Shown here one piece after another: positions 22,001-31,659 of a stretch of 64,000 nucleotides of DNA. The notes under the pieces were generated by a model that was not told the DNA's origin, ran no database searches, and worked only from the letters and a program-made list of their open reading frames with translations. A program made the position numbers and the translations under genes. The stretch lies in assembly GCA_963696295.1 (NCBI GenBank), contig CAVOJR010000001.1, positions 1,632,001 through 1,696,000 on the forward strand, in the 5' to 3' direction. Each line of letters begins with the position of its first letter. The stretch's first letter is position 1. The stretch is from an uncultured Chlamydiae bacterium. Lineage in GTDB: Bacteria; Chlamydiota; Chlamydiia; Chlamydiales; JAJFMB01.

Positions 22001-23415
22001 AAATTGATATTCTGGACGAGCTCATTGCCCGGTTCGACGGAGAGGTTGGGCAGAGGGTTGGCGATATTGATAGGGTTTCTTCTGGAAAACAGGTTTTCCG
22101 CAATAACATGGCCAATCAGCGGAATCAGAGTTAAAATTTGGGCGTTTTTAGGGCTGTGCCTGGCCAGCAAGAGAGCGGTAAAGGCGGTGATGACGTTCGA
22201 CCGGATTGAGAGGGCTTGGAAAGGGGGTTGCACGGCTGTTTCCACGCGGTCGCTCAGTTGCAGAACCCTGGCTTCCTCGAACTTCTCCTCTTTGACTAAA
22301 GTCCACTCCTCTCCATCCCGTTTGAAGGTGGCTTTTTGCACCTGAACCGTTGTGCCTGCCGTCTGTTTCTGTGTCAGGATGAGTTTTCCGGCGCTTTTTT
22401 CTAAGACATACTCTTCGCAAGAGCCATCGGGAGCGCAAACCGAGCGGCTGCTAGTCTCTTTATCGGAGGAAAAAATATAACTTTCCTTAATGTTTTTTTC
22501 GGATGACTTAAATTCCTGGGTGTAGCCGTGCGGGTGAAACTTCACTTGTTTCAGTTGCGAAAAAAGCAGATCGTCCCCATAGGCGATATCTCTGACGTGC
22601 CGCCGCAAAGCGGGGTTTTTCGCCATCTCCTGCAATTCGGACGGATCCAAATAGCCGTCGGCTGTGATCTGCTCAGCGCGCAATTTGAGAGGGGTTAAGC
22701 AGACGTTGTCCTGTATCCAGGGAGCTAAGGCAAAACCTGAAAAATAGAGGTAGTTGAGAAAGAGCCGGTTGAAGATATCCCACGGTCTTGCCTCGGCCTC
22801 TTCCTGAGGCGTTTTCTGATGTTGATAGAAGTGCTTGAGGTCCATTTCTGCCTTCAGGTCCTCATAAGGGCCTCTGTAGACTAGAGGTTTTTGACCGGGC
22901 AATCTCAATATCGCTTTTTGCGTGAGGTTGCGAAGCTGGCCATTTGTTTCAAACAGCTCTTTGAGTTTCGGGAATTTGTCCCCCTTCCACCGGCGGGCGC
23001 TCACGCCATAAACCACCATAACAGATTGGGACACTTTCTTTTGCAAAAAGCTCGATACTTTTGCCTCCCAAACATCCCGTTTGTTTTTTTCTTCATAAAA
23101 AACCACCGGTTTAATCCGGCTGCTGACCGCCTTAAAAATGAAGAGACCATTTTCGTCTTTGGTGATCTCGATCAAAATGTCGTCATTCCTGGTGCTGAGG
23201 AGGGCGCTCCCCTCATTTTTGATCTGGCGCATCAGATCGCTGAGAGAAGCGGGTCTGAGATCGGGCATCAATCGGCCTAAGCCGGTTGTCATGCCATCGA
23301 GAATGTGAAAGGCGAATTCGGCGATTTTTCCGGAAACATGGACCGTTCCGGAGGCAAGATACTCTAAATGAGAAGAAAAGCTATATTTATTCAGAAAAAC
23401 AGACATTCTACCCAC
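19021..23415 (-). CDS. Large surface protein with LVIVD-type repeats and multiple cadherin-like/Ig domains
   Basis: Repeats such as IDITNPDNP, IVDITNPTAP, IDIEDISNP; Ig-like units with LPGWLTLD, FLSFDPATRTFSG; hydrophobic segment near the C-terminus. Confidence 0.8.
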   Translation of the reverse strand: MGRMSVFLNKYSFSSHLEYLASGTVHVSGKIAEFAFHILDGMTTGLGRLMPDLRPASLSDLMRQIKNEGSALLSTRNDDILIEITKDENGLFIFKAVSSRIKPVVFYEEKNKRDVWEAKVSSFLQKKVSQSVMVVYGVSARRWKGDKFPKLKELFETNGQLRNLTQKAILRLPGQKPLVYRGPYEDLKAEMDLKHFYQHQKTPQEEAEARPWDIFNRLFLNYLYFSGFALAPWIQDNVCLTPLKLRAEQITADGYLDPSELQEMAKNPALRRHVRDIAYGDDLLFSQLKQVKFHPHGYTQEFKSSEKNIKESYIFSSDKETSSRSVCAPDGSCEEYVLEKSAGKLILTQKQTAGTTVQVQKATFKRDGEEWTLVKEEKFEEARVLQLSDRVETAVQPPFQALSIRSNVITAFTALLLARHSPKNAQILTLIPLIGHVIAENLFSRRNPINIANPLPNLSVEPGNELVQNINLNNYCQMSNPADNAALTIQTSEGGPLPGWLSLSMGEISLVKSFAAAGTARNVYINGNYLYSSSGTALNTIDITNPDNPLLINTLPISGYLRYMKGNYGFVFDSSGYTLLDMSNATTPVIVGNYVTNNAFTAASGNLLFGRWVGNTANFTIVDITNPTAPVPLGSTTFNISPIEGFQLVNNYVFIGQFIGYPTYIINVTNPANPVLAGSIPIKEIAAFALKDNILFAAGEPAIYILDITQETNPASIGSIYIGSDPAYNLFINGNFLVASCYGGAVVVIDIEDISNPAVVATYQTIGPDAWQTLLRNNLGYVANDNGGLSILNLANLVLSGTPGPSDRGLLLLDVTASDMEGDTAVDSFAIHVGDITVPSVPDQQVYVGNSTLFTFDAFEYPNANFTYSTNPLPPFISFDPPSRTFLFAPVSGDQGTYTITVTADDGNGGTPSTSFQLTIPDRPPVLSTPLSDQTALTGQYFEYIFDPFTDKDNDVLIYTAVEEGTGALPGWLTLDSAERKLYGTPFGQAVYAIQITANDQHGGFAAGNFTITVPSSPPVLLTGIPSQLATVGVEYSYTFPPDTFFSVDNYPFNYTASGPSFLSFDPATRTFSGMPMIEDAGTHTIVLTAKIPTNAAAVNTFTLTVLNSSNNYLPPVVNLQIPDTTAYVGVPFAYIIDPQTFKDPQNATMTYTASLEGGGPLPAYLSFNSLTFSATFAQPQSLRVTVRATNQFGAYTLDTFALTVVQELPPTVLNTLPDQTATVDQEFSMVVPSNTFVDPNGFPFNISVSSAPHWLKWDPVKQTLSGKPGPFDTGAFSPSVTTIDVLAKNKVGSVKTTFRLTVDGTSFWSDFLKVVFALGSVPAAWESRALIWNHFFKKRYQKEAQTVLVNNYYEHTFKIDRKDMKEVKVLLNGNPLTLQKPFPDGLSYSGNKLKGTPTGEDRGRFIVRAINHDGYIIEEFPLIIKEDGQPDPEPEKSYWEKALSLRTKCLNRKKDKNMEMEAI

Positions 23416-23435
23416 CTTTGTTATAAAACTGTTTA

Positions 23436-24584
23436 TCAGTTATAGTGCATGACTAACTTATTTGCCAACTCAAGTGATCTCTTTGCCACATCAAACGTCT
23501 TGATCCTGTCAACCCATCTTCCCAACTGGCCTTGCGATAGGGTGTAGGCAATGTGAAGTTGCCTGTATAATTTCGTGCTGTCTTTGCAAATATCAATGAA
23601 AAGGTCCCACACCTCTTTTTGGATCTCATTTGCGAAGGGATCTTTTTTCCAGTAGGCTGCGTTTGGCAGATTCACATTGTTAAAGACGGCGTTGCGCATT
23701 TCCTTTATTTCTTTATCATCCAGGCCGGGAAACTGGAGGCGCAAATGGGCCACTGTCAAACCGTAATAGTCAGTGTAGGGGGAAAAAATATTTCCTTCAG
23801 ACATAGCGGGATCCCAATGGCAGTAATCCTCCTTGAATTTTTCGAGAGGGGCTCCAGGCAAATCCGCATAGTCGAAATCGAAGATATAGGGCACTTTTCT
23901 CTGGACCGATTCGTTCCACTCCATTAAGAAATTCCCCATAGTGACATCGGCGTGAATGTAACCCTGTTTATGAATCCACGCCAGGGTTCTTGTCATATCG
24001 CGCAAATATTCAGCCATGAGTTTGGGGGATTCTCCATTCTTAAATAAGCGATACAGATCGGTTTCCAGCCTGGGCTGGGTGTAGAGTCCCTCTTCGAGTT
24101 TTTCAAAGGGCTCCATGATATAAACCCCTTCAGGCTTTTCCTTGAGCCAGGCCTGATATATTCTGCGGTGAATTTCATTCCCTTCCTCTACGAGTGTTGA
24201 GGCCCGAATCAAAACGCTCTGTCCGGCAGCTACTTCTCTTTTACCGGCAGTGAGAGGAACGTAGAGGGTGTTTGAAGGGGTGATGACCTTATTGCCCCCG
24301 CTCATTGTTTGGGCAGATTCAGGGAAAACAAGCCAGAGCTCTCCGGCCGCTTTATCCCAGCGCAGGTGGTAGGTTATGTTAGGCAAGCTCTCGACTCTTC
24401 TGGTAAGGGTTTTGCCCTCGCGAAGAAAACGGTTGGCCTCTTCGCAAACGAGGTAGGGTTGAAAGCTTAAAAAGGGTTTTAAGTCGCCTGGAGAGAGAGT
24501 ATATTTACGGGAAAGATAACAGCGAAAAGCTCTCTGAATGCAAGAGATTTTATTGACATCGAAATTATCTAAATTGACGTTCAT
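23436..24584 (-). CDS. Ser/Thr kinase-like protein with N-terminal IQ-like motif
   Basis: YIHADVTMGN catalytic loop, IFDFD, TDYYGL; N-terminal IQRAFRCYLSRK. Confidence 0.72.
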   Translation of the reverse strand: MNVNLDNFDVNKISCIQRAFRCYLSRKYTLSPGDLKPFLSFQPYLVCEEANRFLREGKTLTRRVESLPNITYHLRWDKAAGELWLVFPESAQTMSGGNKVITPSNTLYVPLTAGKREVAAGQSVLIRASTLVEEGNEIHRRIYQAWLKEKPEGVYIMEPFEKLEEGLYTQPRLETDLYRLFKNGESPKLMAEYLRDMTRTLAWIHKQGYIHADVTMGNFLMEWNESVQRKVPYIFDFDYADLPGAPLEKFKEDYCHWDPAMSEGNIFSPYTDYYGLTVAHLRLQFPGLDDKEIKEMRNAVFNNVNLPNAAYWKKDPFANEIQKEVWDLFIDICKDSTKLYRQLHIAYTLSQGQLGRWVDRIKTFDVAKRSLELANKLVMHYN

Positions 24585-24771
24585 ATTAACACCCTTATTA
24601 ATGTCGAAATATTTTATGAATGTTTAAATATTAATGCAAGCGAATTCGGGGGTTCAGGCAATCGCTTTGGAGATGATACTGAATTAAAAATATGATTCGT
24701 ATTGCACTAAAATATTCATTCCTTATATAGTCTTATGGCGTAGATTTTCCCTACCCATAAGGAGGAGAAAA

Positions 24772-25074
24772 ATGAAAGCAATTTTATATATGTGTTTTAT
24801 CGCATTTTTATTGCTATTGATGTTTGCCGTACCGCAACACGAGGCGAATGCTTGTAAGCGATTACCTGTTTCAAGTCAGTCCGACATTGTAACTCGCCCT
24901 CGCAGAACGGTACACCAGACGGAGAATCAGTTTGTCTATAATGGCCAGGAGCTAATGATTAAAAACACTAGAGATATCGATCGAAGCGGATATTGCTCAT
25001 CTTGGAATTATGGATATTGCCCGAATGGCCATGCCTATTTAGGGTCAACAAGCTGCGACTACTGTGGAAGGTGA
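24772..25074 (+). CDS. Small secreted Cys-containing hypothetical protein
   Basis: AAGGAGG RBS, signal-like N-terminus, C-terminal CPNGH...CDYC, followed by a terminator. Confidence 0.72.
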   Translation: MKAILYMCFIAFLLLLMFAVPQHEANACKRLPVSSQSDIVTRPRRTVHQTENQFVYNGQELMIKNTRDIDRSGYCSSWNYGYCPNGHAYLGSTSCDYCGR

Positions 25075-25108
25075 ACTCAACCTGAGTTAAAAGGGTAACT
25101 TAGGCCAT

Positions 25109-25139
25109 GGCTCTCAATTATATTGAGGGCCTTTTTTTT
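25109..25139 (+). terminator. Intrinsic terminator
   Basis: GGCTCTCAAT-TAT-ATTGAGGGCC hairpin followed by a T8 run. Confidence 0.75.
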
Positions 25140-25149
25140 GGGGGGGCTC

Positions 25150-25346
25150 TTGCTTTGGTTATTTTTCTCTGGCTTTGGTTTCGTTTTATTGATGAGATTT
25201 TTTTCTTGTTTTGGTTTCGTTTGCTTTGGTTGTTTTTCTCTGGCTTTGGTTTCGTTCTATTGATGAGATTTTTTTCTTGCTTTGGTTATTTTTCTTTTGC
25301 TTTGGTTTCGTTTTATTGATGAGATTTTTTTCTTGCTTTGGTTATT
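25150..25346. repeat. 56-bp T-rich tandem repeat (3 full copies plus partial copies)
   Basis: Units at 25150-25205, 25221-25276, 25277-25332: TTGCTTTGGTTATTTTTCTCTGGCTTTGGTTTCGTTTTATTGATGAGATTTTTTTC. Confidence 0.9.
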
Positions 25347-25393
25347 GATTTCTCAATATTGAGGATACTTTCAAACTTCTTTGATTAAGGGGA

Positions 25394-25489
25394 TGAGGGG
25401 AGGGCCCCTCAAACTCCCCCCTCCCGCCCTCAGGTAACGGCCCCGGGCTGAAATTGATGGGAGTCTTTGACAGGGGGCCCTCACCTTCA
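25394..25489. other. Long imperfect GC-rich hairpin (structured RNA or extragenic palindromic element)
   Basis: TGAGGGGAGGGCCCCTCAAACTCCC pairs with GGGAGTCTTTGACAGGGGGCCCTCACCTTCA. Confidence 0.6.
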
Positions 25490-25570
25490 GTTTGGGAAAA
25501 ATATTTCAGGGCAACACAGTTTGGGATCAGGGCAGTTTGGGATATCAGGGCAGTTTGGGATATTTCAGGG
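25488..25570. repeat. Four variable-length CAGTTTGGGA...TCAGGG repeats
   Basis: Copies start at 25488, 25517, 25533 and 25551. Confidence 0.85.
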
Positions 25571-25573
25571 TGG

Positions 25574-26515
25574 TCAGATTTCCGACCAGGCAAAAGGAAT
25601 AACCGAAGAAATATCCGATTCTCCATGACGCAACATCATCAAACGATCAAACCCAACCGCCACTCCACAACACTCCGGTAATCCACTTTCTAAGGCCCTT
25701 AAAAAATACTCATCTATCGGCAAAGATGCTTTGTTTTTCTTGAGACGGGAAGCATTGTCCTCCTCAAATCGAGCCCTCTGCTCCCTGGGGTCCGTTAATT
25801 CGAAATACCCATTCGCAAGCTCCAACCCCCGATGATATATCTCATACCGCAACGCCACGGCCTCTTCACCCCTCTTTTCCCTCTTCGCTAATGCCGCCTG
25901 TGAGGCAGGGTAATGCGTTAAGGCAAGCAAGCTGTCCTTCCCAAGATGTGGCTCTACCATGGTCGCCAATATCAGATTGAGCAACGCATCCTTCTCTTCC
26001 AACTCAATCCCGGGATAAGCAGGTATTTGCTTCTGTCGTATGTACTCGAGAAGCTGCTGCTCCGTCATGGCGAGGTAGTCAAAACCGGCGTATTTTTGCA
26101 CCGCTTCCCGATAGGACAAAAAGACTTTGGGCATAGGGGGGAGAAACAGGAGGATCAAATCCATGGTCTCCTCTATCATGCGGCTGTATGTGTACCCGAG
26201 ACGATACCACTCAATCATGGTAAATTCCGGGTTGTGCCGCGCCCCCTCTTCACCCGCCCGAAAAACATGGGATAACTGAAAGATGTCACCCATACCTTCG
26301 GAAAGGAGACGCTTCATCGGATACTCAGGAGAAGAATGAAGATAGCGCGTCGCGGTTTGTATCAGTTCAATATGTATATCGATGGGGGCATAACGGCTCA
26401 AAATAGGACAGTCCACCTCGCACACATCCCTTTCAGAGAAAAAGCGGCGAACCGCCTGAAACATCAAGGCCCTGTCGCGTAAAATGGACAGCCGGTCAGG
26501 TGACGCGCGAGACAT
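25574..26515 (-). CDS. epmA: EF-P lysine aminoacylase EpmA (GenX/YjeA)
   Basis: YLHSSPEYPMKRLL, FRAGEEGARHNPEFTMIEWY, ELANGYFEL, GVAVGFDRL; no anticodon-binding domain; downstream of efp. Confidence 0.93.
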   Translation of the reverse strand: MSRASPDRLSILRDRALMFQAVRRFFSERDVCEVDCPILSRYAPIDIHIELIQTATRYLHSSPEYPMKRLLSEGMGDIFQLSHVFRAGEEGARHNPEFTMIEWYRLGYTYSRMIEETMDLILLFLPPMPKVFLSYREAVQKYAGFDYLAMTEQQLLEYIRQKQIPAYPGIELEEKDALLNLILATMVEPHLGKDSLLALTHYPASQAALAKREKRGEEAVALRYEIYHRGLELANGYFELTDPREQRARFEEDNASRLKKNKASLPIDEYFLRALESGLPECCGVAVGFDRLMMLRHGESDISSVIPFAWSEI

Positions 26516-27065
26516 ATTCTCCGGTGCGCGTGTCGATCTTGACCACGTCGCCCTCTTCCACAAAAATAGGCACCTGGATCTGAGCGCCGCTTTCGGTGTT
26601 GGCGGGTTTTAACACGCGTCCCGAGGCAGTATTGCCGCGGTCGCCAGGGGCGGTTTCGACGATGCGCATTTCAATGAATGTGGGAGGTTCAATGGAGATG
26701 GGAGAGCCATTGTAGAAGAGGATATCGTAGTTAAGGTCTTCCATCAGCCATTGAAGGGTGTCGCCGATCACACTGAGAGGGATCTTGAGCTGCTCGAAAG
26801 TGTTGTCATCCATGAACACTACCCCGTCGGCCTCTTTGTACAACATGCGCATGGCCGACTCGTTTATGTCGGCAACGTCGCACTTGTCGCCCGACTTGAA
26901 GGTGCGCTCAATAAGTCTGCCAGTCATTAAATTTTTCAGTTTCACACGGTTAAAGGCTTGCCCTTTTCCCGGTTTCACAAATTCATTGTTGACGATAAGG
27001 AACGGCTGACCGTCGATCTCAAGCTTAATTCCAGGTTTGAATTCATTAGTGCTGATTTGCGGCAT
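26496..27065 (-). CDS. efp: Elongation factor P
   Basis: VKPGKGQAF loop, VPIFVEEGD, IDTRTGEYVSR. Confidence 0.97.
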   Translation of the reverse strand: MPQISTNEFKPGIKLEIDGQPFLIVNNEFVKPGKGQAFNRVKLKNLMTGRLIERTFKSGDKCDVADINESAMRMLYKEADGVVFMDDNTFEQLKIPLSVIGDTLQWLMEDLNYDILFYNGSPISIEPPTFIEMRIVETAPGDRGNTASGRVLKPANTESGAQIQVPIFVEEGDVVKIDTRTGEYVSRVT

Positions 27066-27366
27066 AGGGTTACTCATTAATTTGGTAAATAACGTTCTAC
27101 ATCGTAGCATAATGAACTTTTGTAAGTCCAGGGAAATGCTCTTTGTCTAGGGAAATTTATCTGAGGGAAAATTGGGTTGGCAAAGTAAAGAAAAACTTCT
27201 ATGATGATCTAAAAATAGGGGTTTTTGAATATGTGGCCAAAAGAGTATCGCGATTATAAAAAAGATGAGCCTCTCGTTAAAAACCGGGTCGAGCCTAGCA
27301 AAGGAATTGTCGGATGCGAGATGCATGAGAGGAACGGATGGGGCAATACTTTTCAAAAGAAGAAGC

Positions 27367-27600
27367 ATGAGCCAAAAAGGTAAGCACACCTGGGATATCA
27401 ATATCACCTATCACCGCTGCCCCAAATGCGGTTTTGTTTTTGAAGACCGGGAAGCTTATCAATATGTTCTTGGAAAATACGTTAAGAATTTGGAATGCCC
27501 CCGCTGCGGCAATAGATATACAATGGAAAATAAAAGAAGATCCTCGATCGGCCCTTTGTTTGGCGAACCGGGATCACCTGAAGTGGAATGGAGGAATTAA
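27367..27600 (+). CDS. Small zinc-ribbon protein
   Basis: CPKCG and CPRCG pairs; stop overlaps the amn start (TAATG). Confidence 0.75.
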   Translation: MSQKGKHTWDINITYHRCPKCGFVFEDREAYQYVLGKYVKNLECPRCGNRYTMENKRRSSIGPLFGEPGSPEVEWRN

Positions 27601-28433
27601 TGACACAGCCTTTTGAAGATCTGCCTTGTCCCGAAGAAGAACAAATAGCCCGCGATACTCTTGAGCGCTATTCCGGTTCGGAAGTGGGAGATTTTCAGCC
27701 GTTTTTACTCTTGACGAACTTTCCCGACTATGTGCAGTACTTTGCCAAGGAAAGGGGCGTTCCTGTCATTCAAGGGACGATGTTCTCCTGCGCCCATTCC
27801 CCCAAAGAGAAGGTAAGCATTCTCGATTTCAAGATCGGCTCGCCCGCCGCCGCCCTGGTAGTCGACCTGTGCGCCTTTCTGCCTATCAAAGCCACTTTGC
27901 TGCTCGGCATGTGCGGGGGGCTCCGCAGGCAGTATAAGGTAGGTGAATACTTCGTCCCTGTCGCCAGCATTCGCGGCGAGGGGACCTCCGATTTCTATTT
28001 CCCGCCGGAAGTGCCGGCGCTTGCCAACTTTCTGGTGCAAAAAATCGTGACCGATGTGATCCAAAAGGCTAATATTCCTTACCATATCGGCATCACCCAT
28101 ACGACCAACAAGCGCTTTTGGGAATTCAATCAGGAGTTCCGGCAAAGGCTGATCGCGACGCGGCCTCAAGCCATCGAGATGGAGTGCGCGACCCTGTTTA
28201 TGAGCAGCTACCGCCATAAATTGCCGCTCGGCGCTCTTTTGCTGATATCTGATTTGCCCTTGGACAGAGCCGGAGTGAAAACGAAAAAGAGTTCGCGCGA
28301 AGTGTTTATGAAGCACACTCAGGAGCATGTCGAACTCGGCATGAAAATGTTGAAGGAGCTGGAAGAAGCCATTAAGCTTCAGGCGAAAGGAGCTTATCGA
28401 GGGAACCGGCGGAGATTTGAAAAGTTTGAATGA
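27600..28433 (+). CDS. amn: AMP nucleosidase (short chlamydial type)
   Basis: LLTNF, DFKIGSPAAAL, LGMCGGL, IRGEGTS, IEMECATLF, ISDLPL. Confidence 0.92.
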   Translation: MTQPFEDLPCPEEEQIARDTLERYSGSEVGDFQPFLLLTNFPDYVQYFAKERGVPVIQGTMFSCAHSPKEKVSILDFKIGSPAAALVVDLCAFLPIKATLLLGMCGGLRRQYKVGEYFVPVASIRGEGTSDFYFPPEVPALANFLVQKIVTDVIQKANIPYHIGITHTTNKRFWEFNQEFRQRLIATRPQAIEMECATLFMSSYRHKLPLGALLLISDLPLDRAGVKTKKSSREVFMKHTQEHVELGMKMLKELEEAIKLQAKGAYRGNRRRFEKFE

Positions 28434-31400
28434 TCGTTTTGACCAACGAGTCCTCAAACTCCTCAGGCCGGGCCGGTGGCCTCCAAATGATATTCCGCTT
28501 GGTGGCCTCTTTCCCCTTGCCCCGCTCCAGGGAAAGAGAGACTTTCTGGAGCTTGAGCAGGGTGAGCCCTATGCTTTGGGCAAAAATGCGGATCCGGTTT
28601 AAGTGAAAAAGCCAAACGGCAGGGGGCGGCGGAGGGCCGAAGCGGTCCTGCAGCTCGCTCCAAATTTCATTGGCTTCCTGCAGGTTCGACGCTTCCCCGA
28701 AGCGCTGGTAGACTTCCATCCGCAAACTGGTTTCATTGACATAATCCTCGGGCAGGCGCGCATCGATAGAGGAAAATTCCATTTTGATGTCGTGGAGGAT
28801 GCTGGGAGCTTTTCCCTGCAGCGCTTTGACGGTGCGGGTGAGCAGTTTGCAATAGAGGTGAAAGCCGATTGTCGAGACATGGCCCGACTGCTCAATCCCT
28901 AGAATATCCCCGGCGCCCCGGATTTCTAAATCGCGCATGGCGATTTTCATCCCACCGCCGTAGCCGGAAGCTTCGGTCAGGGCGTTGAGCCGCTTTTGGG
29001 AGATTTCGGAAAGCCTGGTGGATTTAGGCACTAAGAAATAGGCGTAAGCTCTTCTGTTCCAACGGCCTACACGTCCGCGCAGCTGATAGAGTTCTCCCAG
29101 ACCGAAGCGGTCGGCGCGGTCGATGAGGATGGTATTGGCATTGGGGATATCCAAACCGCTTTCCACAATGGTCGTGGCGACCAGGATATCGATCGAGCCC
29201 ATTCTGAAGGCGTGGAAGACGCTGTCGCTTTCGTCGGCGTGCATTTGTCCATGGCAAACGGCAATACGGGCCGCCGGCAGCAGCTTCCGGATATAGGCGG
29301 CATACTCATGGATCGTTTCGACCCGGTTGTGGATGACAAAAGCTTGGCCATCGCGCGCAAGCTCGCGCAAAAGGGCGTTTTTGATGATTTTTTCATTGGC
29401 GTCCGCGATGATGGTCGTGATGGGCAGGCGGTCTTGCGGCGGGGTGCTGATGACCGACATGTCCCTCGCGCCTATCAAAGACATATAGAGAGTGCGCGGA
29501 ATCGGGGTCGCGGAGAGGGTGAGGCAGTCAACGCTGGTGCGGATTTTTTTCAGGTGCTCCTTGGCGCGCACGCCGAAGCGCTGCTCTTCGTCGATGATGA
29601 CGAGGCCGAGGTCTTTAAAATGGATGTCGCTGCTGATCAGCCGGTGGGTGCCGATGATGATATCGACTGCCCCTTTGGCGAGATTTTCCAGGGTCTGTTT
29701 CGTTTCTTTGGGGGAGCGAAAGCGGGAGACAACGGCGACATTCACAGGAAAATTGCAAAAGCGCTCCCTAAAGCTGTCGTAGTGCTGCATGGCGAGCACG
29801 GTAGTGGGCACGAGGACGGCTACCTGCTTACCCCCTTCCAGCACCGCTTTAAAGGCCGCGCGCATGGCCACCTCTGTTTTGCCGTACCCGACATCGCCGC
29901 AAATCAGGCGGTCCATCGGTTTGCTGTCGGTCATATCTTTTTTGATGAGCCGGATCGCCTCCAGCTGGTCTTCCGTCTCGACAAAGGGGAATTCCTCCTC
30001 GAAGGAGCCCATGTCTGGAGAGTCTTCGGGAAAGGAAAATCCCCCCTTGATTTCCCTCTCAGCGTATAGCTGAAGCAGCTCTTTCGCATACCCCAAGATA
30101 GCCCGCTCAGTCTGCTCTTTGGCTTTGCTCCAGCGGTTGCTTCCGATCGTGTGCAGCTTGGGCATCTCTTCATGGGAGCCGATATATTTTGTGACCAGAT
30201 GCGCCTGATTGACCGGGACGAAAAGCTTGGCGTTTTCAGCGTATTCGATGATGAAGAATTCGGTCATTATCCCTTCGTGATTGGGTCGTTTTTCGATCCC
30301 CAGATATTTGCCGATGCCGTGGTTGAAATGCACTACGAGCTCGCCGGGAGCGAGGTCGAAGGGCTGGGAAGGGGGGGTATGGTAGGTGCTGCGCTGTTTT
30401 TGCCTTCTTATTTTGTAGCGGTGGGTGATTTCCGTGGCCGGAAAAAGCGCTCTTCCTTCCTCCCGTAAGGCAAAACCGCTGGAGAGGTATCCTATTTCGA
30501 AGCGGGTGTCTTTGGGGAGCTTGTAAGGCAGAAGCTTTTTTTGCAAATGAGTTTCCTCTGATTCCGAAGAGGAGAGAAATTCGATATGGAGTTCCGGGTG
30601 GTTTTCTAATGCCTGCAAAAGATCCTCTCCGGAGACCTCTTCTTCGTCGGGCAGTAAATAATCACTTAAGGGGACAAAGGGGTGCTGCCACCGGTTGGCC
30701 TTGAGTCGCCTGTTAAAGACTTCGAAGGAAAGCTCCTGAAGCTTCCCCTGTCTGCTTTTTGCCGCGACATCCGAGAGCTCCTCGATCGGCTGGCTGCTCC
30801 AAAACATAGTTTGCAGGGCGGCAGCCTCGTCTAAAAATTGATCGATCGGAGTAAATGAGGGAGAGACCGTCTTTAACAAAGAGACGTAGCGATCCTCAAG
30901 AGCGAGAATATCGTCAAAAATGACGATCGTATCTTTCCCCAGGTAATCGAGAATGGTGCAGGTATTTTGGCTTTTTGCGAGGAGTTCCAACTCCTTTGCC
31001 GGAGTGATCTCGATCTCCTCTATTGTTTTGACCGATTTTTGTCCGACCGGATCGTAAAGGCGCAGTGATTCGATCTCGTCGCCGAAAAATTCGATGCGGA
31101 CCGGGTCGGGGGAGGAGACGGCAAACACGTCGATAATTCCGCCGCGCAAAGCAAATTCCCCTTTATCGGAAGCGACGGGGGCGCGGGTGTATCCCAATTC
31201 GGTCAATTTTTGAATTAATGTTTCAAAGGGGATCGATTGCCCTCTGACGAGCTTTAGAAAGAGCTTTTTGAAAAAGGGAGGGGGGATCAGCCGCTGCAGG
31301 CAGGCGTGCAGGCTGCTTAAGATGATGACCGGCTCCTGCCGGCCGATAAGCCTATTCAATACCTGGTACCGGTCGCCGACGATATCGGGGCTGGGAGGGA

Positions 31401-31659
31401 TGTTTTCATCGGGCAGCGTTTCCCAGGCGGGAAAGTTGATGATCGGGCGGGGTGTGAAAAAGGGGAAGTCGTGAAAGAGGCGCCCCTCTTCCTGGCTAGC
31501 TCCGGTCAAAATCAGGATGTTTTTTCCGGTAGCCTGAGCGGCGAAAGAGGCGATTAATGCCTTAGGGGCATTCCAGAGTTCTTCGATAAGCAGCGAATCC
31601 CCGTGATGCAGCGCGTGCTGCAAAGGGAGGAAGCGCTCTTTGTCACACCAGCGATCCAT
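28372..31659 (-). CDS. mfd: Transcription-repair coupling factor
   Basis: [55 protein letters not shown]. Confidence 0.97.
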   Translation of the reverse strand: MDRWCDKERFLPLQHALHHGDSLLIEELWNAPKALIASFAAQATGKNILILTGASQEEGRLFHDFPFFTPRPIINFPAWETLPDENIPPSPDIVGDRYQVLNRLIGRQEPVIILSSLHACLQRLIPPPFFKKLFLKLVRGQSIPFETLIQKLTELGYTRAPVASDKGEFALRGGIIDVFAVSSPDPVRIEFFGDEIESLRLYDPVGQKSVKTIEEIEITPAKELELLAKSQNTCTILDYLGKDTIVIFDDILALEDRYVSLLKTVSPSFTPIDQFLDEAAALQTMFWSSQPIEELSDVAAKSRQGKLQELSFEVFNRRLKANRWQHPFVPLSDYLLPDEEEVSGEDLLQALENHPELHIEFLSSSESEETHLQKKLLPYKLPKDTRFEIGYLSSGFALREEGRALFPATEITHRYKIRRQKQRSTYHTPPSQPFDLAPGELVVHFNHGIGKYLGIEKRPNHEGIMTEFFIIEYAENAKLFVPVNQAHLVTKYIGSHEEMPKLHTIGSNRWSKAKEQTERAILGYAKELLQLYAEREIKGGFSFPEDSPDMGSFEEEFPFVETEDQLEAIRLIKKDMTDSKPMDRLICGDVGYGKTEVAMRAAFKAVLEGGKQVAVLVPTTVLAMQHYDSFRERFCNFPVNVAVVSRFRSPKETKQTLENLAKGAVDIIIGTHRLISSDIHFKDLGLVIIDEEQRFGVRAKEHLKKIRTSVDCLTLSATPIPRTLYMSLIGARDMSVISTPPQDRLPITTIIADANEKIIKNALLRELARDGQAFVIHNRVETIHEYAAYIRKLLPAARIAVCHGQMHADESDSVFHAFRMGSIDILVATTIVESGLDIPNANTILIDRADRFGLGELYQLRGRVGRWNRRAYAYFLVPKSTRLSEISQKRLNALTEASGYGGGMKIAMRDLEIRGAGDILGIEQSGHVSTIGFHLYCKLLTRTVKALQGKAPSILHDIKMEFSSIDARLPEDYVNETSLRMEVYQRFGEASNLQEANEIWSELQDRFGPPPPPAVWLFHLNRIRIFAQSIGLTLLKLQKVSLSLERGKGKEATKRNIIWRPPARPEEFEDSLVKTIIQTFQISAGSLDKLLSPEA

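Noticed and set aside
25150..25570. Possible CRISPR array
   Set aside because: Units are contiguous with no unique spacers of constant length, and no cas genes are in the window.
25107..25681. ORFs 25107..25319, 25342..25626 and 25454..25681
   Set aside because: Translations of tandem repeats and hairpin, or overlapping epmA; no RBS or protein-like features.
28372..28433. 62-bp convergent overlap of amn and mfd 3' ends as an antisense system
   Set aside because: Short tail overlaps are common in compact genomes; no further support.
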